Assembly: GCA_051294375.1 (NCBI GenBank) | Contig: CM119266.1 | Span: 8,146,606 to 8,210,605 of the forward strand | Source of the DNA: Paraspadella gotoi | Lineage: Eukaryota > Animalia > Chaetognatha | Direction of reading: 5' to 3' | DNA: 64,000 nucleotides | In this document: positions 59,201-64,000 of the stretch, one piece after another | How the letters are laid out: the number at the start of each line of letters is the position of its first letter | Numbering within the stretch: position 1 is the first letter of the stretch | Translations under genes and position numbers: made by a program | The notes under the pieces: generated by a model | What the model was told of the DNA's origin: nothing | Seen by the model: the letters and a program-made list of their open reading frames with translations, nothing else | The model's database searches: none

Positions 59201-62172
59201 ACAAATGAGTTCTGAATTCTCCGAATCGTCGTCTGCTATTAAACAGATTATTTTAAACATTAGGATTAAGCATTTTTTAAAGAGATTATAAAGCAAAGAT
59301 TGAGCAACGACCAAAGAGCGAAGTCGTAGCGAATCAAGCCGTGAAGGCCAACTCACATTTTCCGGGGTGAACGACCATCATGATGTTTTCGCAGGAGTGA
59401 CAATCGAGCTGATGATTGGAGAGTTTGGCTCCGACGACCGCCGGATTCTTGAGAGAGGTAGTGGCAGTGGGCGCAGTCGTCGACGCCGACAGCGCCTAAA
59501 ATATTAATTTTTGTATATTTATTAAACCGTTTAAAAACTTATCACAACACCATTTTGTTTAGTTAGGTACAAACGAAATACGTATTATATATAAACATTT
59601 TTTTCAAAGAAGGTAGAATAACTAATATTATGCGAGTTTCCATGCTGTGAGATAACAAAATACATCGATGCATCGAGGTGATTCAATTTGGAAATAAATA
59701 TAATAATATGCGAATTTTTACATACAGTGGAAAGGAATATTTAAGAATGTTCATAATGAAAAATTATGTACAATTTTCGCACCAAAAACAATATTTGTAA
59801 ACAAGAAATTTTAAAAATCCTCCCGTATACACTATACTGTTCATTAACACAAAATGAAGAAATTAACTGCAACGACAATCTTCACCGCAAAATGGCTCGA
59901 AGCCATCTTATTTTAATAATTTTATCCACCATTTAGTAGATGTCAAGATATATATTAGTACGTGTAAAAAACTGGATGAATGACATTGAATGTATTAATC
60001 AGGAATAATTTTTATTAAATTTATGAATTAGTTCCGAACCAAAAACAAACCAAAAAACAAAAAGATTTAGAAAAGCGTCTCTCCGCCTCTAAAAACTGTC
60101 AAGAGAAAATTTCTATTCCTCCGCAAGTGGGTGCAACCTCAAACGGCAAACGAGTGGTGCCCGTACCTTCGTCTCATGCAAACCCGACCGATCGGGAAGG
60201 GTATGGGGTGCTGACTGAATACGATTTAAAGGGTGAAAAGGGTGGCGACCGCCCGGGGATACCTTCCGGCTAAACTGCCTTCTCGGCATCACCGTCTGCG
60301 CCTCCTCTATGATGGAAAGCTGTTGCTCGAAGGCGTCCCTTCGAGGGGAACGAAAGGACTGAGGGAAGGAAAGAGACGAGCGGGATGAAAATTGGAAAAA
60401 AAGGATTTAGGCAGAAAAAAAAATTGGTGTAGAATGAAAAACAGGTTGAAGGACAATTGAATTTGGAAATCAGGCTTGTTTGTCCCATCTTAAAAGAAAA
60501 ATTGTAAGATTGCAGAAAAGATTCTAAGTTCTGTTCTGATTACATTCGCTTAATGACCCTCAATCCTAGAAATATCGAACTATGTAAATGAATATTTTCT
60601 TAGGATTTTTTTTTAAATATTTTTTTTATTTAATAACAATTAACTAAACGCGCAATTAAAAAAAAAATCAAATATTTGTCTTTAATGATGAATGATTTTC
60701 GCTTTGGCGAAAAGAAGAGGAAACTTAGTCGCGCTAACTGGAAATGATTTTAAGACTCTCATAATCAGGGAAGCGCCACGGTTCAATCGTTAATATGTAA
60801 TATTCCGGCGTCATCGTCATCAGCTGTCCTCTCTCTTTTTATATTGTGAAATAACTTCATTCGAATTATTTGTTTGTTTACAACGATTTTTTATTTTTTA
60901 TTTAAAAAATCGTTGTAAACAAACAAACTTTGTTTTCTCTAAATCTACATAACGAAACGAATGGTTTTTTGCTTATAATTTGAATGAACTTATGAAGTTA
61001 TTTCACAATATAAAAAGAAAGGACAGCCGAAGACGACTTAAGCTTTCACTGGAGTTCGGTGAAAACAATTTTTGTGACTGAGGTCATCCAAATGACTGAG
61101 GTTAATTTGAGTCACCAGAATCTGTTTTATAAACTTGATATTTTTATTTTAAGACCGCAACTCACCGCTCGACTTCTTCGTTGGTTCATCCGTTGCCGCC
61201 ACTGAGAAAATATCCCCATGATTCGCTCGACGAGGAAGAAAAAGTGAATTCCCAAGCAGGCCGTCAGACCTTGAGGAAAAAAGTTCAGACTAGGGGGTAA
61301 GAGCTGATAGAGATTAAGTATTATTTTTGGATTCATGAAAGAGGATCTAGTGTCTTCTTAGGTCTGAAGTAGAATGAACAAACAAAGACATTATTATAAA
61401 CAACATCTCAACCTTTCCATATCGCCATGACGTGATCGTCGTCTCCGTGCAGTTCGTCTCCATTCGTACCGTGGACATGTTTACTTCCGGGACTGGAAGA
61501 CGTTATTGCCTGCGATAAATGAGACAATGGAAATGAACGTCACAATGAAAAAGCGTACTATTTCACATCACCGCTCACGTGAGGCAAAAGGTGCAAGAGG
61601 GCGTCGCCGGAGAGAGTCCCGACGGCCAAAGCGACGAGGAATTGCAAGAGATGATTATAGAACATCCGTCGCATTAAAGGGACGATGGCGACGCCAAGGA
61701 GACCGCAGAGGGAGATGATGGTCACGGCCAAAAACGAAAAGCCCCACACTGTTTAACAATAATTAATTACCTTTTTATCTCAAAATCAAAAATTAAAATT
61801 TCATAAAGAAAATAAATTTTTAGTTTCTTTTCTTAATGAAAATATTTTTACTTTCTCATATACAAAATTAGGTTGCTAAATTTCCCAATGCAAGAATGAT
61901 AACTTAAGTACATGTAGGATCTACATTGTAAATTATTCATTTTCAGTAATAAAATTTCGTAAATTTGCTAGATCGCGTGCCGCTTACAAAAAACCTTACC
62001 TTTTCCGGGAATTTCCCAAACGGATTTGGGCGCGTGAGGGTCGAACTCGTGGTCGTCATGGTGATGGTCATCATCGTGGTGGTGTTGTGAGTGATCGTGT
62101 GGGTGGTCGGTATGGGAGTAAAGTCCGGTGGTGTTTGCGAAAGTCAAGCTCATTTTCGGAATCGATGAAGCA
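56218..62172 (-). CDS. LIV-1 subfamily ZIP zinc transporter (SLC39A10/SLC39A6/foi-like), 5' exons unresolved
   Basis: Exons 62172-62000, 61748-61579, 61509-61413, 61269-61166, 60358-60263, 59495-59357, 58342-58221, 58141-58016, 57304-57031, 56763-56576, 56497-56432, 56298-56218. Motifs [20 protein letters not shown], His-rich loop, [39 protein letters not shown]. Confidence 0.95.
60815..61035. mobile_element. Foldback MITE-like element with nested internal palindrome
   Basis: Outer arms CGTCATCAGCTGTCCT..TTTTTATATTGTGAAATAACTTCAT and ATGAAGTTATTTCACAATATAAAAAG..AGGACAGCCGAAGACG; inner arms TTTGTTTGTTTACAACGATTTTT and AAAAATCGTTGTAAACAAACAAA. Confidence 0.8.
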
Positions 62173-64000
62173 CTGAAGGGCGAGGAAAAAAAAGGCTTAA
62201 GTATGAATTAAGAAAGAGTAAAAAACGATTGTTATAAATTATTTAAAAAAATATTACATTTTTCAAATTTAAACACTTCTGGGAAAATAAAGAATAAACT
62301 TTTGAGAATTTTATATATATTTCAAATATATCTAAAATATTTCGAAAATTTTCTTGCAAACATTAGGGTGAAGGTTGCGTATTCCTAAAGTTATAAGGTT
62401 ATCAAAGTATTAAAACTTAAAAAAAAGTGGGAAAGATCAAAATGAGACAAAAACAGAGAGGAACCCTAATTTTAAAAAAAGCCAAGAGTGCAACCCTAAT
62501 CCTCTCCGCGTCATCGAGAGAGGATTTTTTCGCCAAATGAGAACGGGCGTCGTCGATGCAGCTATCGCCGATGTCAACAAAAACAAAAAAGTCGATGTTA
62601 AGGAGATTTCGTTTCCTAATTCCAATTTTGGATTCCCCCCCCTCCCAAAAAAAAGTACTGAAAACGAAAATTAGCTCAATTTCGGTTAATAATTTTTAGG
62701 GAAGCGGTGAAATTTGAAACTTTTGAAAAAAATTTGGAAAGGGGAGGGGGATATTTGACTATTAAGCCGTCGAATGGCCAAATTTGAGATTTAATCGATG
62801 AGGATGATAACTATCTTTTGGCTGGAGGATGGAACCCAAAAGAAAATATTCGATGGACGAAGTTTATCGCTAGCCAATATTTTATTTTACGCTCGGCGGA
62901 TTGACGTGTCAAATGATTTTAAACATTTTTCGTAAATGGTATCCTTGATAAAATGTAAGTGATTTTGTTTTTGTTTTTTGTTTTTGTTTTTTTTTGTAAA
63001 CGAAAACGGATCCGCGATCGCGAAAGTTTTCTCCTTCGTAATTACTTCGCGAATATCCCAGTCGCCAAAGCTAGAGCGCCAACACTTTTTAAAGCCCAGT
63101 TTTTTTCTTTTTTTTTTTCAAACCCAACGTTTTTTCTGCCCCGCGTGTTTTTTTTTCTTTTCGATTTTCTTTTTATCCCGAGTTGGCCAACTTTTTTCCC
63201 CCCTCAGAAATAAGTTTCTCTCGAGTCTCGATCATAGACTGAAAAAATTGGTTGGCGTGGGTGATTGGTAGTTTGATGGTTGATATGAAAGATTAGACGA
63301 AAGGTGGTTGGTTCGGGTGGGTAATTAGTGGTTAGATGAGTTATGGAGTCAAAAGTTTTTCAATGTGCACGATACAGCGATGGATTAAAAAAAGAGCATA
63401 TTTCACTTTTTTTTCGACGGCCAAGATGCGTGATGAGTAGATAGATATGAGGGGGGCAAGGTTTCCGGGTTGAAAGCACGGAAAGTGAAGGCGTCAAAAC
63501 GGTGAAGAGGCGAAGCGGGGGTGTCAGTGGTGAAGGGGGGCTGTGAGAGAGAGCGAAATAAAACCTACGTGAAATGATGCGGTAGAAGCGAAAATAGGTT
63601 GGATCGATCATTTGTTTTTAGGCGAATAGGAAAGGCCGCGACGAAAACTGGGTTCGCTTAATCTTTCTCTGGGAACTTGTGGAGACTGATGGACGGAAGA
63701 TCGATTTATAGGGAAAGGTCGACCATCGGGGAGGAAAAAGAGAAATGCGAAGGACCAATTGATGTGGAAGGTCATGGAGAGAAGAGATGATATGCTGGTG
63801 TGGGAGGCTATGGGGAATGTGATAAGGCCTGAAAGCGTAAGACGAGGGCGAATTAATTGTTTGGCAAAGAGTGAAACCGGAAGAATAATAATAAATTGAC
63901 TATTGATTGATAATCCAAGAACGAAAAACCCTATTCAAGCAAAGAAAGGGACAAGAAAAAAGGATAAATATTGACCAAAATAAAAAAGGGAAATGGACGG

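Noticed and set aside
63590-63830. Possible 5' exon of the ZIP transporter (MTFHINWSFAFLFFL..)
   Set aside because: The frame closes before the candidate donor and I could not link it in frame to the exon starting at 62172.

Overview
AT-rich, intron-rich metazoan (invertebrate-like) genomic DNA with many (GA)n microsatellites, MITE-like inverted repeats and three N gaps. In order: (1) the 3' part of a kinesin-3 KIF1A/unc-104 gene (+, 586-13962). Its TGA stop sits in the UGA-CUAG readthrough context and is followed by a 109-codon in-frame, coding-like extension ending at 14292. (2) A disrupted minus-strand gene with HEPN(DZIP3-like)-NACHT NTPase-Kelch(KLHDC1/2-like) architecture (18202-21833). 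(3) A repeat-rich region including a degenerate motif-plus-spacer array (27076-27530). (4) A small two-exon gene for a secreted, probably GPI-anchored 8-Cys protein (33805-34723) with a decayed paralogue. (5) An unrecognised ~734-aa low-complexity PY-motif protein gene (37332-46010). (6) A Cys/Gly/Pro-rich plus coiled-coil gene (48556-50483). (7) LRRC69 (50970-54313) with an antisense intronic tRNA-Ser(CGA). (8) A LIV-1 family ZIP zinc transporter (-, 56218-62172, 5' end unresolved). A mis-oriented, error-rich block inside KIF1 (4070-5363) is most likely an assembly artefact. Exons were read by eye from splice signals and frame continuity. Family calls rest on recalled motifs, not database searches.
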